A stretch of 64,000 bases of DNA from Octopus bimaculoides (taxonomy: Eukaryota). Below, piece by piece: positions 48,990 through 63,089 of the stretch; within the stretch, counting starts at the first letter, position 1; every line of letters starts with the position of its first letter. The notes beneath the pieces are model-generated. The model was not told where the DNA came from and ran no database searches. It saw only the letters and a program-made list of their open reading frames with translations. The translations under genes were made by a program, and so were the position numbers. The stretch covers positions 95,693,916 to 95,757,915 of the forward strand of contig NC_068981.1 in the NCBI RefSeq assembly GCF_001194135.2, written 5' to 3'.

Positions 48990-49475
48990 GAAAATTCTTG
49001 AATACTTTCACATCAAGTGCCTCCAATGAATCTCATGGGAAGACAGGGTTCTACATGAATGGAATGCTGCAACTCCTTCAGCATCAAATCTCTTACTGTC
49101 AAGTGTCAACTTCACTGGATTGGCCATCTCATCAGGATACCCCACTTGCATCTCCCACGTATTGTCTTCTATGGAGAACTTACTGAAGGCCAGTTATCTG
49201 TTAAAGGACAGAGGAAGAGATACAAAGATCAAGTTGCTGCCATCATGCAGAAATGCAATGTTCCTCCTATGGATTTGGAAACTCTTGCTGGGGATTGAAG
49301 CAGATGGAGGACCATCTGCCATCGAGCTTGTGAAACCACTGAAACAAGGCATTGTCAATGGCTTAATGAGTGTTGTGGCTGCTGCCAGATTGCCTCCAAA
49401 ATACAGCTCATTGGTTCCTTGTCTAACCTGTGGAAAACTTTGCTGCTCAGATTTTGATCTCTACTCATAGTGTAT
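48990..49475 (+). mobile_element. RTE LINE 3' ORF remnant
   Basis: QLHWIGHLIRIPHLHLPRIVFYGELTEG...GQRKRYKD...ETLAGD*SRWR and a terminal CLTCGKLC finger. Confidence 0.85.
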
Positions 49476-50023
49476 TCACCATCTGTGTTTGACACCAGCT
49501 TGAAGGGATGTTGTCCTTGGAGTTGTGGGACTTCCAAGCAACGTTTCATGAGCAAGTCTACTCAGCTGTTTTGATTATCAGCCCAGCGCTGGTGCAGCCT
49601 ACTCTTTCTCCAGTTGTTACATCCTGGATGTTTTGCTGGATCATGGGTATGCGAGTCAAGAAGGTGTCAGTGCTATACATAAGCACCTAAAACAAATAGT
49701 GAAAGCATGGCACATGTTACCTAGTCATACTCATTCATGAGTGACTGCTTTACTCTTTCGCCATTTGTGAATTTGCATATTGCTGAAGCATGTTTTTTCA
49801 TTTGGATGTTTTATTATGATTCATTTAGTTGTGAAGTAGAACTTTTTGAATGGTTAACAGAGATATCTGTTTTGTTTAGAAGAACTACTTAATGTTTGAA
49901 TTTATGGGCATGTGATTAATCCATCACCTCAATTTCATTGCTATTGTATTTTATATAACACATTTAACATTTTGTGCCATGTTTAATTTTTCATCTTATT
50001 TGAAATTACTCTAAACTTTCCAG

Positions 50024-50255
50024 AACTAAGAAATTTGTTCGGTGGATGCATGGTACTGTGTTGTTCTGCCCACCAGTTTCCATGCCAGGAGAAAATGAGC
50101 CATATGTATTCTCATTTTATTATGATATTGTTGGACATACATCTGTTTTAGAACTGAAAGACGTTATTGAAAATAATGTAAAGAGAACTCTTACAGCAAT
50201 CCAGAATAACCTCTTAAGATGGAAGAAATTCAGATCTATCTTGGTGGTTGATAAG
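50024..50255 (+). CDS. DNAH10: DNAH10 exon 17
   Basis: TKKFVRWMHGT...CPP...WKKFRSILVVDK|gtaaga. Confidence 0.93.
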
Positions 50256-50993
50256 GTAAGACAAGAGGGATTACTGGATTAATCTTCCAATAATTTTCTC
50301 ATATCGGGAGAAAATCTGCAATGTTTAGAGAAATAGGAAATAGGTATGACAGACACAACTTTCTGAAAGGCATTATCAATATAAATGAAATGAAATAGAA
50401 CTTGGAATTAAGATTTAATTTCACTAGGAGATTAATTTCAACTCTTCAGTGCTTGAACTCTGAGTCATTGATCAAATTAATTTTTCATGTATCTTTTTTT
50501 CATTGGTACATTCTTTGACTGTCCTTATATTAGGATGGGCTTGAAAGTGTAGAAAAATTAAACTACCCAGCACTAACTCATATTAAGATATATAAATTTA
50601 ACTTAATTTCTTTAAAATGATTTCTTTCTTCTTGGTGAATTCTTGATAAATGTTCCAATTTGGACATTATTCTGTAAAGTGTTTAATTAAAATGTGACCT
50701 TAAAAGTCCTTTACTTAAAATATTAACTATTATATTAAGAGCAATGAATTATCAGAAGAGGGTACAATGCTAGATTTAATTCTTATTCCTGAACAATTTA
50801 GGTTTAAATCCTGTATGGTTTTAAGCTTTTGCTGTTCATTTCCTTCTCTTGTTTCACTAGGAGCTCACTTTCTCACCAGGTTAAATAGACACCAGTAATA
50901 CATGGAGAGCTGCTGATAGCTAAGTAGACAGAGTACTGCACATTCAACTGATGATGATCTGGCATGTCAACAATGCCACTGCTGTTGCTACTG

Positions 50994-51033
<40 letters not shown>

Positions 51034-51564
51034 TTAATGTCTGTTTTCCATGCTGGCATGTGTTGCATGGTTTGACTGCATCTGATGAACCACAGAGCTA
51101 CATCAGGACCCAATGTCAGCTTTGGCATTATTTCTACAACTGGATGCCCTTCCTATTGCCAACCACTTTACACTGTGTACTGGGTGCTTTTTTTCTGTGA
51201 CACTGACATTAGTGAGGTCACCAAGTAACTTACAAGACACAGTAAAGAAAGTAAAAAGAAAAAGCCCTTGCATCTAAGGATAAGTGTGAATGTACTTGAG
51301 AGAGAGGGAGATGGCTTTGTGTGAGGTATTGAAGGTTAAAGTATGGTAGAGTGTCTTGCTATAGAGGAGATAGATGGCTTGTTCACATTATGAGACGATG
51401 GGTGAGAGTTGCTGGAACGAGATAAAAATGGTGATAAAGGGGGTGCCAGAGCATACTCACAAGGTACAAGAAGGTGATTTTAAGGGAGAATATAGATTTT
51501 GGATCAGATTTTTATTGCTTATTAATTAATTACTAATTTCGTTTTATTGTTGTCTTATCACCAG

Positions 51565-51819
51565 CAACTGAGTGCAAACAAATGGTTTCTCAGCAAACCC
51601 ACATTGATTGATTTTGATAATAAACTCCAGCATTACTATCTATGCATTGAAGAAATACGCAAACAAGCAGTAATCCGAGACCAGGACTTTATTGAGATGT
51701 CCATAAAGCCTCTAGCTTCTTCTATTGAACAGCATGCTCTAAACTGGATCAGCATCATTGGGAAGCTGCTGTATGATTCTGCACGTGAAAATCTCTTCTC
51801 TATCAGAGATCTCTTTGAG
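51565..51819 (+). CDS. DNAH10: DNAH10 exon 18
   Basis: accag|QLSANKW...FDNKLQHY...WISIIGKLLYDSARE...DLFE|gttagt. Confidence 0.9.
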
Positions 51820-52296
51820 GTTAGTGTTCTTCTGTTTTTAATTGTGGGTGTTGTGGTCATTGTAATTATTGATGTATGTACCAGGACTGTTGCATTGTTT
51901 GTTGTGGTTCTTGCATATAGATATACACTCTCAAAAGCAAGGATTATTACTGTTATACTTATATGTCTATGAAGTTGAGTGTGTGTGCGCGTGTGTGTGT
52001 GTGTGTACGTACATAAACTGTTTTCTAATAGATGTGCAAGGCCTCTTTATTTGATTGATTCTAGAAAGAAGAAAGGAAAAGTTAATTCCTATAACATTGC
52101 TTGATTTTTTTGTATATTTGTAATTGTATGTGTATGTGTGTGACTATGCATAACATTTTTAGGTATTTGAAATAGAGTGAGAGAGAAAAAACAAAACAAA
52201 CAAAAACTATAGTGAATAACAATAAGGTCTGGTGTGACATATATATATATATATATATATATATACTTTTCTTACTTTGATCAACTAAATTTGTAG

Positions 52297-52455
52297 ACGA
52301 AAGACAAAGAACTGGACCATCCCCCTGATACACTAGATGACCTGAAATTTGTTCTAATGACCATCAACTCAATTCGACTGATGTCAATTGATGTGGAAAT
52401 TAAAGCATGTTTAATTCAGGAACAGTATCGCACCTTGGAGTTACATAATATTGAG
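52297..52455 (+). CDS. DNAH10: DNAH10 exon 19
   Basis: TKDKELDHPPDTLDDLKFVL...QEQYRTL...NIE|gtaggt. Confidence 0.93.
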
Positions 52456-52789
52456 GTAGGTTGGTGAGATTTATTACAATGGTTCCTTTGGTAATTTTTA
52501 AGCATCTATTATAATATTCTGACTGCTTATAAAATGCACCAGCTGTGATATTTAGGCACATTAGATAATGTTTTAGTAGGTTACTTATAGTTATTACACT
52601 GTTTTAGATACATGTTTTTAATAAAATAATACAAAATCAGTGAAAATTGTGATTCATGTATGAAATCTCTAATTGACTAGATGTTTGAAATTGCATTCAG
52701 AGAGTGGAGGGTTTAAACTTGTCAGAACAATATCTTATTGACTTTTTGAGACAATAAGTCAAGCCAGTCTTTTGAAGCTTCCAGTAACC

Positions 52790-53330
52790 TGATTCCTGCC
52801 CATACTTTTTAAGTTGATTATGCAGATCACAAGTTCTGGTCTTTATAACCAACTCATTGAAAATACTCACATCTTACAGTATCTTTATCTGTTGATATAA
52901 CAAGTATTCTACATAGATACTGTCTAGATGACTTGATGTATTTGCACTGTCTTCAGACTGGTGCATTTTGGAAATCTTTTCAACACTAGTCAGAGATTTA
53001 GAACTCCCTGAGATTTGCAGAGCTTTTACATCCTTTTCCCTCTATTGGATAATTCCACATAATCCCAGTATGTATCTAAGATACAATTTCAATTTCCCAT
53101 TATTACTAAAAATTGGAACATTTTCAAGAAAGCTTCAGGTACAAGAAGACAGGTACAAGTGCATACATTTCAGAAATCCTGGTCTCGTTGATGACCCCTA
53201 GTGACATGAAATCATTGAGCAACTGGCTTCGTTTCAGTCGCAATCCCAAGCCAGTACATTTATACATCTTTCTCTCAGTGCTTTTGTATTACATTTCTGA
53301 ACCCTTCTTTTGGTCAGAAAAAGGGAAGTG
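52790..53330 (-). mobile_element. Decayed L1/Tx1-type apurinic endonuclease remnant
   Basis: Motif relics in order: INETR, VIMGN*NCILD (GDWN), SHLDSIYV (SRIDxIYV), VGYKDQNL (SDH); multiple frameshifts. Confidence 0.45.
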
Positions 53331-53858
53331 AGAGAGATCACGTTACTTGGTCTTGAAGAAGGATTAGTAATTTGTTCTTCCTGATGAAAAACCTCCCTAT
53401 TCTGGAACACTCACATAACACCTTGGAATTTTTCCTTAATATTCAGTGCTGATGCTACATAAAAAGCATCTAATCCACATTGTTAAGTGGCTGGCATTTG
53501 GAAGGGCATCCAGCTGGAAAAACCTTGCCAAAACTGTCCTCGCTTGTGCTTGTGCCACGTAAAAAGCACTCAGTTCACTCTGCTGAGTGGTTGATGTTAT
53601 GAAGGGCATTCAGCTGTAAAAAGCCCTGCTAAAACAGATACAGAAGTCTGGTGCAGGCTCTGGCCTGGCCAGCTCCTGTCAAACCGTCCAACTCATGCCA
53701 GCATGGAAGGCGGATGTTAAACGATGATGATGATGATGATGATGATTCTCAACAGGAGTCAGTAAAGTAAGGTAATTCTGCTACTGATGTTGCTATGAGT
53801 GCCAACTATTAAATTAAACTTTGCCTTATCTGTTAAACTTTGTTTTATCTGTTATTAG

Positions 53859-53975
53859 GTTACTGAAGAGGAAAAGAAATCAGTTTCAGAAATATTTATC
53901 CTCTGGGATGATCTCACACAGAAAGCTAAGAATGTTGAATTTAGCCTGAGAATTGTGAAAAAAAAATTCACTGAG
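53859..53975 (+). CDS. DNAH10: DNAH10 exon 20
   Basis: VTEEEKKSV...WDDL...VKKKFTE|gtatgt. Confidence 0.92.
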
Positions 53976-54940
53976 GTATGTTATAGAAGTGAAAAAAATA
54001 AAAGTTAATGGTGATTCCTGTAGTTTGGTTGAGCTCAACCTGGAGGAAAATGATAGTCTGCATGAAACTCTTAATTCATTTGCAGCTTATATTTACTGAT
54101 GGATGACAGTTTTGCATTAGCATATGTTCAAAGAATACTTTGTTCAATGATGAACAGTTATGAGATGTTTATAGTCTTCTACAGATTTTATTAGAGGAGG
54201 TAAGGCAATGCCTGTAGTCTTTACTGTGTATTAATGTAGTGAATGATCAATTTGAATGTTCGCAGGTTAGTGGTTGAAGAAAGAAATGTGTTGTGAGGAA
54301 GTAGCAGTGAGATACAAGAAGGGTGGAGCAAAGTAAATACTATGGAGTATGAAAGTAAATTACAGTGAAGGTGCTGGAGAGAGTGGAGAGAAAGTACATT
54401 AAGGTGTTTAGATAGCAGTATTTTGCAGGTAGTAAGTTTTAAGGAACAGAATCATTGTAAAAGTGATAGAAGGGATAGACTGAGAGAAAGCTTGATAGTC
54501 AAATAAATAGAATTTTATTGGATGTGCTTTGATTATATGAAGCAGATATATCAAAAAATGACTAATATAACAAACATTTTTCAATTGCACACCCATATAA
54601 ATATATCTACAGATAGGTGTCAGTGTTTGCTCCTAAAGATCATATCCCCAGGTGAAGAGTAGGCAATGGCTATAATGAAAAAGATGATAATGTATTTCAA
54701 TAGAGCACCATTGTCTATGTGGAACCATATTCTAAAAGTAATGTATATTTCTCGATCAAACTTATCTGAGGGACAGTCCTCAGCTTCCCACCAGATGTTT
54801 CAAATCTTAATTCAATTAAAGCTTTTCTGTCTCTTCAACTTGAATTGCAATGTTGAACTTCTCTAGGAGCAGCCACAACAGCAACATGTTTATATAGATG
54901 GTATAACCCTAAGTCTATCATTTTTACTTTTCACTCACAG

Positions 54941-55043
54941 ATAACACAAACCCAAATTACAGAGTTCAGTGACAGACTAAAAGAATTTTATGAAAGATTC
55001 AGAACTGAAGGACCTGGTACTGTTGGTGCAGACTTGGACAAAG
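54941..55043 (+). CDS. DNAH10: DNAH10 exon 21
   Basis: ITQTQI...RFRTEGPGTVGADLDK G|gtttct (phase 0-1). Confidence 0.93.
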
Positions 55044-55081
55044 GTTTCTGTTTTTCTTTTATATAGTCAATATTTTTTTTC

Positions 55082-55420
55082 TCTTGCCTTTAACCCTCCA
55101 ACGCGGAGTATAGGCCACTTATAATTGAATTCCATGTCGCATAATTTTTCGCTTCTGTACTTATACTCTGCCATGAATGTCCCCCTTTCTCTAGTTCCTT
55201 TTGTGTTGATCTACGCCACGAGTTCTTAGGCCTACCTTTCTTTCTATATCCATCCGGATTCCACTGTAAAGCACTTTTCGCTACATTTGGTGTGTCTTTT
55301 CTAATTGTGCTACCAATACACTTCCACTTTTTCTTAAATATTTCCTCCTTTATCGAAACTTGATTTGTTCTTTGCTATAGCTCCATATTGCTTATGTGTT
55401 CGGGACATCTAATTAATTTT
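55082..55420 (-). mobile_element. RTE-clade LINE 3' end
   Basis: ISNMEL*QRTNQVSIKEEIFKKKWKCIGSTIRK...ALQWNPDGYRKKGRPKNSWRRS...LYSALEG*. Confidence 0.8.
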
Positions 55421-57870
55421 ATTGATTTTAAAAAAGCATTCGATAGTGTAGATATAGTCAATATATCTGTATATATCTCTTAAATAATTACAATCATACA
55501 GCTGGTCACTTTGAATCAAAGTTTGTAATATTGAAATGTAAGCTTTTTAAATGTAAATCAGTTAAGAATATCAACCATTTCCTAAAATTATTCTTGTAAG
55601 CTCTTATTTCTGAATGTTTTTCCTAAAAAGAAATTTATGACTTCAACCCACACCAGTGTGGAAAATGGACGATAGATGATGATGATGATGATAAGTTTTA
55701 CATACAGAATAGTAATGTATAAAAGCTTTCGTACAAATTAACATGTGTGAAATATGACAAGGTGAATTCATCGATAACAGGGCTGATACAATATTAATAT
55801 GCAAGAACTTGAACTGGTTTATTGAACAGGAAACAAATTATCTGAAATTGATTAATGTTTAGTTGGACATGACATGTTTTATTAGCCAACTTTTGCCAAA
55901 AATATTTGTTTAAAAAATGTCAATCAAAGACAATTTATATCTGTTGTATTCTTTAACTGAAATAACCTTAATGCAATACTATTTTCTTTGTCTGAGAAAA
56001 CTATATTTTCTTAGGTAAGATATGTAACATGCTTCAATCTATTTAGCTGGAAAGTAATTTATGATAGAACAGCTGGTACTATAGTTGTTACTTAGAGTCA
56101 AGTGCAGATATGCACTTTCCAAATATTGTTACCATTATCCAACTTAGAATCTGTTTACTTACAATCTGTTTAATTAAAACTTACTTCAACGTGGGATGTG
56201 GGTTTTGCCAAGAATATTATAAAATGAATTCTATATTTCATTCAGTTTGGTTGCCCATGCATTTCTGTTATATATGGAGTATGTCAATGCTGTAGACCGA
56301 GAATATGAAAAATTATAAATCTAATTATTGAGATATGATATGCTGTATAGTTTGCAGTTGCATGTCTATCTTTCCCACTGTCCTGTGTATAAATCCTATC
56401 AAGGAAGTCTGTTGAGTTTTAATTTTTTTAGTGTGTAAATTCTGAATTAAATATACAAATGTCAAATCTTTATAAGAAAGCTAAAAATCAATTTTGTAAT
56501 GTTTTAATTTAAATTTTTCTCTCTTATATTTATACTTTTATTGTCATTGTTGTTATCTTTCTCCCTCTCTTCTATCCACCCTCTCTTTCTCTCATCATGC
56601 TGCTGTGTGTATATATTCAGTTGGACAAAAGAAGGCAATACATATCTATACAGATAATAAGTATATCCCCGGTTACCTGATCCCCCTCTCTCACCATACA
56701 ACCATCATCTATCTTTAGTCTATAAGAGTTGGACATCAACATAATAAGGTACCCCTTTGTATGTAAATGACTTGTCTACTTAGTTTCATGGAGATGGCAT
56801 CAACCTGTCACTGTAAGGTTCTCCCTCCCATGATGAGTTCAACCTTATGTACACTTGCTGTTACATCCTGATCAAGGACTTTTGTTCATTGTTGAGATGA
56901 TACAATATAGAGGGGATACTTTAGTCATGGTAGAGAGTGTCTTTAGTATTGGTGGCAGGATAAAAGACATATGCTAGAATTGTTGGTAACAGGAAAGACA
57001 TCCATCTTCAATTATTATGCTAAAAATTATGGAACAAATGGAAGAAACATGGATACCCCACAACAAGCTGCATGCAGGCAAGCTATCTAGGAAGGTAATA
57101 ACTTAACATAACAAGTAATCAAGGTATTTTGACTCTTTAGTCTTGCCACAGACATTATGTTAAGTGCTAATGGCATGATAAAATACATTCAGTCTATGCT
57201 GTAAAATAGAAAGGACACCTGGCTATAGAAACCATACAAAAAATGAAACATAAGATGTTGATTCCACAAGCTGCATCACAGGTTACCCATCTAGGAAGGC
57301 AGTAACTCTAAATAATTATTCTAGATAAATGGGTTTCTTTAGTCCTGTTTGAAATAATCTCTGCAGTGATGGTGCATTTAGTCTACATTGTGAGACATAC
57401 ACAACAACAAAGTTGGCCAGTTTTCTCTGTTACTGTTTGTGCTAGATGATGTGGACCATGATGAGGGAGTAAATGCTATGAGATCCATTGAACCCATGGC
57501 TGTATGGGAAAACAGATGTAAAATGTTGATAATAATAATAATGAACTTATTGTATACATAACTCAGGTGCACAACAACTCATCATAAAAGGTAGCCAAAA
57601 GTGCATGAACAGCACATAATATAATGTACAGAAAGTGAACAGTGAATGAGTTGTTTAAAAAAAAAATTGGTGGAGACATCAGATGAATTGTTGGTGAATT
57701 TTGGGAAGCATGGAGACTTAATTGACAAAGAAATTACTACTCTTCGTAAAATTTGAGTAAAAATATGTTACTCATGTTTTGATTAATTTTGTATGCATTT
57801 AATGTGTCCTTAACACAGAGTTTGAATGCTAAGATTAACCTTTTCCCTAATATTTTTGTCCTTTAAACAG

Positions 57871-58049
57871 GTGTGGATTTGATGAAAGACTACACAAAAG
57901 AAATGAATAAGTTTGAAGCTGAAAGACAAGAATTAGCAAATGCTGAGAAACTATTTGATCTTCCAATTACAATGTACAGTGATTTATTGTCTGTGCAAAA
58001 GGAAATGGTCAGTTTAGATGCCTTGTTTAAAATTCATACTAATCAGAAG
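57871..58049 (+). CDS. DNAH10: DNAH10 exon 22
   Basis: VDLMK...RQELANAEKLFDLPITMY...TNQK|gtaagt. Confidence 0.95.
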
Positions 58050-59489
58050 GTAAGTGATCAATCTATAAAATTTTTTGAAGTATAAAATTATGGCATGCTA
58101 TGTATTCCAGCTCATGTATTCCCACTATGTATTCCAGCTCATTCTAAAGTGAGTTATTTTTATTTTACTCTTTAACCCTAATCGCTCTTTAATTTTGTAC
58201 TGTTTGTAAATAGTTAAGAACTGGAATTATGTATATAGATATGTGTGAGGGCATGTGGCCTAGGGGTTAGGTGTATTGCATTTACAATCGAGAGATCATG
58301 GTTTCAATTCCCAAACCAGCTCTGCATTGTGTTCTTGAGCAAAACACTTCATTTCACATTGCTCCAGTTCACTCAACTGCAGATGGATAAGCCTGCAATG
58401 GACTAGCCTCCTAACCAGGAGAAATGTTGGCTAGCTTGTCTAGCCAGCAGGGTGGCATCATTCAGAAAGCTAAAACTATGCAAAGTGTATTGTGACCAGC
58501 GATGTATAACAATATCTGATAGTCTGGTTGATCAAGTGATACAGGTATGCATATACAAACAAGGCAATAAACTGTTGTTAGAAGTCACTCGAGGAAGAAT
58601 GTAATCAATGCCCAAAATAGAATATATATGTATTCATTAATAGTTTAAGATGTTAATATTCTATAGTTTCACTCCCTGGGTTTCATGGCAGTTTAGGTAA
58701 TAAAACTATTTTCTCTTGTTGAATTTCAAATGCAATTTGGGGTTAGGTACATAGTCTTGTAATAAAAGCAATATACCCAGGTTTTCACCACTCACTGCAT
58801 ATTCCCCTTCACTCTACTCATGCTTCCTTGGCAATGTCTTCCTACTTATATCATTACCTCTGTACCTCAAGGGTATGCTCTGGCATTTGCCACCATCTAT
58901 CTCTCTCTTCTTTTACTTGACCATCCCATTCATATTCTGATCCCTGTTCCCTGTGAGTATGTCTGGCACTCTGCCACTATTTCTCTCCTGCTGTCTTGCA
59001 CTTTTGCTGTCTCTCACTCTCTCCTTCTCCTGCTCTTCCCTCAAGCTGGGTAACCATGTATCTCCTTTACAGCAGCTGTTTCTGTCCTCATTCCTGATCA
59101 CTCTAACTCTCTCTCTCTCTCAGGCCAGGTAACCATGTATCTCCTCTACAGCAAGGCACCTGTTTCTGTCTCTCTGTCAAATCATAACCTTCCATCATCT
59201 GATACAAGATCACTTCCTCCAATGTCCCTCTACTCTCAAAGGATCTTTGTCTTGCAAGTTACTCAGTGACCCTACCAGTGCCGATGCCATGTAAAAAGCA
59301 TCTAGTCCACACTGTAAAAGTGGTTGGCATTTGGAAGGGAATCCAGCTGTAAAAACCTTGCCAAAACTGACCTCACCTGTGCTTGTGTCACATAAAAAGC
59401 ACTCAGTCCACTCTGCTAGATGATTAGTGTTAGGAATGGGCTTTGATTTTCCAGGAACAGCTATATGCCACATGTGAAGCATTCACACC

Positions 59490-59658
59490 TAGTCTTAAGG
59501 TTGTAATTCAAAACAGAGGTGGTTATATCGAATAAATGTGGTAGTGTCATAATTGTGTTCTTTTACCATTGCATTACAATGCTTGGACCCAAAATATGAC
59601 AATATTTTGCTTTGGCAAAATTGAAAAAAGTTGGTTACCTTAATTTTGGAACACCCTG
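59490..59658 (+). mobile_element. Tc1/mariner 3' end with TIR
   Basis: ...VVIQNRGGYIE* followed by TIR ggttaccttaattttggaacaccctg and TA. Confidence 0.65.
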
Positions 59659-60656
59659 TACACACACGTACACACGTATATATGTATGTATATATATATT
59701 TGTACATATATATGTATGTATGTCATCATCATTACCATTATTACCGTCGTCATCATCATCATCATTTATCAATTGTGTTCCATGCTGGCATGAGTTGGAT
59801 GGTTTGGACTCAAGACTGCAAAACCTGGGTGGGGTGGCTAACATTCCTGTGAGGTGACGCAGGGTTAAAGTATGAAGGAAAGGAGGAAGAGAAAGGCAAG
59901 CAGGTTCTTGTAGATGAGCTACATGGTTACTCTCCTTTAGGAGAGAGACTGATGAACACAACAGTAATTAATACATTTGTGTTTAAATCTGCTGGAATAT
60001 ATTAAGAATAAATATGCAAATCATTTTTTTGAATCTTGCTGTTCACACAGTACAAATGTTGATTTATTATTGGTTGGTATATATCAGCAAGGATCAGAGG
60101 ACAGTCTGCTCACTGAAATTATAAACACATGTAGCAACAAATATTCTGATTGACTTGGTTGGGCATCTACAGATTCTTCACCTAAATATTGTTATAGAAT
60201 CTGCTCTTTCCTAGTGGTTTGTCATACATGCCTTACTGAACTAATCTGTATTTAAACCTTTTTAACTGATCACATGTGATACACAGGACAGGCAAAGTGT
60301 TAAACAAGCATTGACGTATAGGACTAGCATGTGAAAAGGATTTGGACAGGCAAAGCTTGAACAATTTTTACTTTTCCACAAATTAAATTCCTGTTGACTA
60401 TAATATTACCCATTCCAAAACAGCTGAGTTTAATATTACCTATTCCAAAAATTGACTTCTACATGGTTACAGTCTGGAAACTGAAACTTGTAAAAGAGAA
60501 AAGAATAATTTGCATTAGATTGTTAAAGTGTGGCACTTTTGCCATCAGATTTGAAGTGACCTAAAGAGACTAACTTAATCACTGTTATTTATATGACTCT
60601 ACTCATCGTAAAAATGGAAAACTAACATATCAAAATAAAATATATCTTTTTGATAG

Positions 60657-60868
60657 GAAGCTAGAGAAGAATGGTCAAATACCTTATGGGCCAATCTGAA
60701 TATTCAGCTTCTTCAAACAGGGATTGAAAATTTTATTAAAGCATTCCGGAAACTTTCTAAAGAAGCAAAAGCTATGCCAGTTGGCAAATCAATTGAAGAA
60801 CGAATGAAAGAGTTTCGGGATTCCTTACCATTGTTTGTAGATTTAAAAAATGAAGCTTTGCGAGAGAG
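60657..60868 (+). CDS. DNAH10: DNAH10 exon 23 (start of DHC_N2)
   Basis: EAREEWSNTLWANLN...FRDSLPLFVDLKNEALRE(R)|gtttgt. Confidence 0.95.
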
Positions 60869-61198
60869 GTTTGTTTTATATTCCTTTAATTATTTATATC
60901 AGTTCTATAGCTTGGTGCTGTAGTGTTTTTCTTTATACAAAACTTAGTCAGTACTTTTAATGTCATTCTTTTCTTTTTTGTTTTTGTTTTTGAGAATAAA
61001 AATACTGCTGTTGATAATGATAATGGCAGCAATAACAACATTGCTAACATTGAGGAAAATACTGATTGTGTTGGAAGTGTGGTTATAGGAATTGGCTAAA
61101 TAAATAAAGTGGCAAAGATTGTAGATGCTGTTGTAGTAATCAACAAATTAAATTATTACAAATGTTTTCTAAACAATATCATTCTGGTTTTTGTATAG

Positions 61199-61355
61199 AC
61201 ATTGGAAAAAGCTTATGGAGAATACTGGTCAAGTATTTGAGATGGACCCAGACACATTCACGCTAGAAAGAATATTTGCTATGGAACTGCATCGTTTCCA
61301 TGATTGTATTCAGCAAATTGTTAGCAGTGCAGTTAAAGAAATGGCTATAGAAAAG
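61199..61355 (+). CDS. DNAH10: DNAH10 exon 24
   Basis: HWKKLMENTG...FTLERIFAMELH...KEMAIEK|gtgagt. Confidence 0.95.
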
Positions 61356-61799
61356 GTGAGTACTTAGACATACAATTTGTAATGAAAAAAAAATGAATTC
61401 ATCAAATTTTTTTGCTGTTTTAGAGATTGTCTGTGCAATGAAAAAAGGAAGCTACTGATATGTCCATCTGCCTGTGCAAGCCTGTAAAAGGCAAACGGTA
61501 ACCCCAGGGTGCCGGTGTATTAAGGTGGGCAGCACCACCTGTTTTGGGGGAGAGCTTTCCATATGCATGTGCACCTGTATATCATGACTTACTCTGTTCA
61601 CTTTCTTGATTTTTGTACATAATTATATTTACTGTACATGCACCTTAGATGAGTTGTAGTGCACCTGAGCACTATATACAATAATTTCATTATCATTATT
61701 ATTATCATTATTATTATTATTATTAATTTATTATTATCTATGCTGATGACCTTGCACTAATTAATTTTTTTGTTTACATTTTTCGTTCATCTTTTTTAG

Positions 61800-62033
61800 G
61801 GTGTGAAAGAAGTTGAGGAAATGTGGTCAAAAATGCAGTTTACTGTGGTGCCCTATATGAAAGGGACTTCGAACAGGGGTTATATTCTTGGCAGTGTAGA
61901 TGATGTCTTGCAAGCACTTGATGATACTTCCATGAATTTGCAGAGTATGTCAACCTCTCGATTTATTGGGCCATTTCTAATGATTGTCCAGAGATGGGAA
62001 AAAAGTTTATCATTAATTGCTGAAGTTCTTGAT
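61800..62033 (+). CDS. DNAH10: DNAH10 exon 25
   Basis: GVKEVEEMW...RGYILGSVDD...SRFIGPF...WEKSLSLIAEVLD|gtaagt. Confidence 0.95.
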
Positions 62034-63089
62034 GTAAGTTGATGACTTTAGAACATAATTCTATTATTTTATGATTTAAATTTGTGATATTTTCAGTACA
62101 GTGATAGAATCTAGAAATTTGTTGACATCAGTGTGTGTGTGTGTGTGTGTGAAGTCATTATGAAATAGCTTTAAAGAATTTGCATTTGGCAAGCTTGTAA
62201 AATGACTCATTTGTCATATTTACTATTTTATTCACTCTGTAGAACAGAGGTGGGGAATGTCTCACAAAGCAGGTAAAATTTCTCTGAAAAATTTTTCTTA
62301 AAAAATAAAAATAAACCATATGAATAAAAAAATCCCTTTAAGTTTTAAGATCAGAACAGTAATTCAATACTGCTTGTTTTCAACACCTCATGAAGCACAA
62401 ATTCTGTTAACCAAAATGCTTGTCTAAATGTAATCATGAGTTAGTCATACCTTTATTACAGCCCAAAAGCATCCATTATAGCCTCCAGATCGNNNNNNNN
62501 NNNNNNNNNNNNNNNNNNNNNNNNNNAAATACCCCCCTCCCCAAACACCTACTTGTGGGCGTTTATTCTGTCATATTGGGTATAGTTATTGAGTATGAGT
62601 AGTTACTGGAAATTGAAGTTTTGTCTCAGCTGTATCATTAAGAAAATAAAAACAATTTTGAATACTGGTAATATTTAAAGTTTTGGAAATATGTTAAATC
62701 AGTATTATAAATTGTATAAAAGAGACCCCTTTGGCAAGAGAAAAAGACTTTCAGACCTACTAAAAATTGCAGCATCATGAGTCCCTTTAAAATCTCTGAG
62801 CTCTCCAAAGCAAATCAAAATCAACCTTCTTAGTAAAGGAAGCTTTGTTAAATTTAAAACATTAAACTCTGTGATGTTTTTGGAGTTTTGGTATTTAAAG
62901 CATTATAACTATTTGGGTGATTAATGCCATGATAACATTTTAATTAATGTTATTTAGTGTGATTATGTGCATACAACTGAATTTGTAAAATTAAAGGTTC
63001 AATATTTTTCTCAGTTTCAAAGTGCATCCTATAGGTTCTTATGCAGCTTCCAGTCACTCCTGAATTGAAAATGAGGTGATCTTATGGTA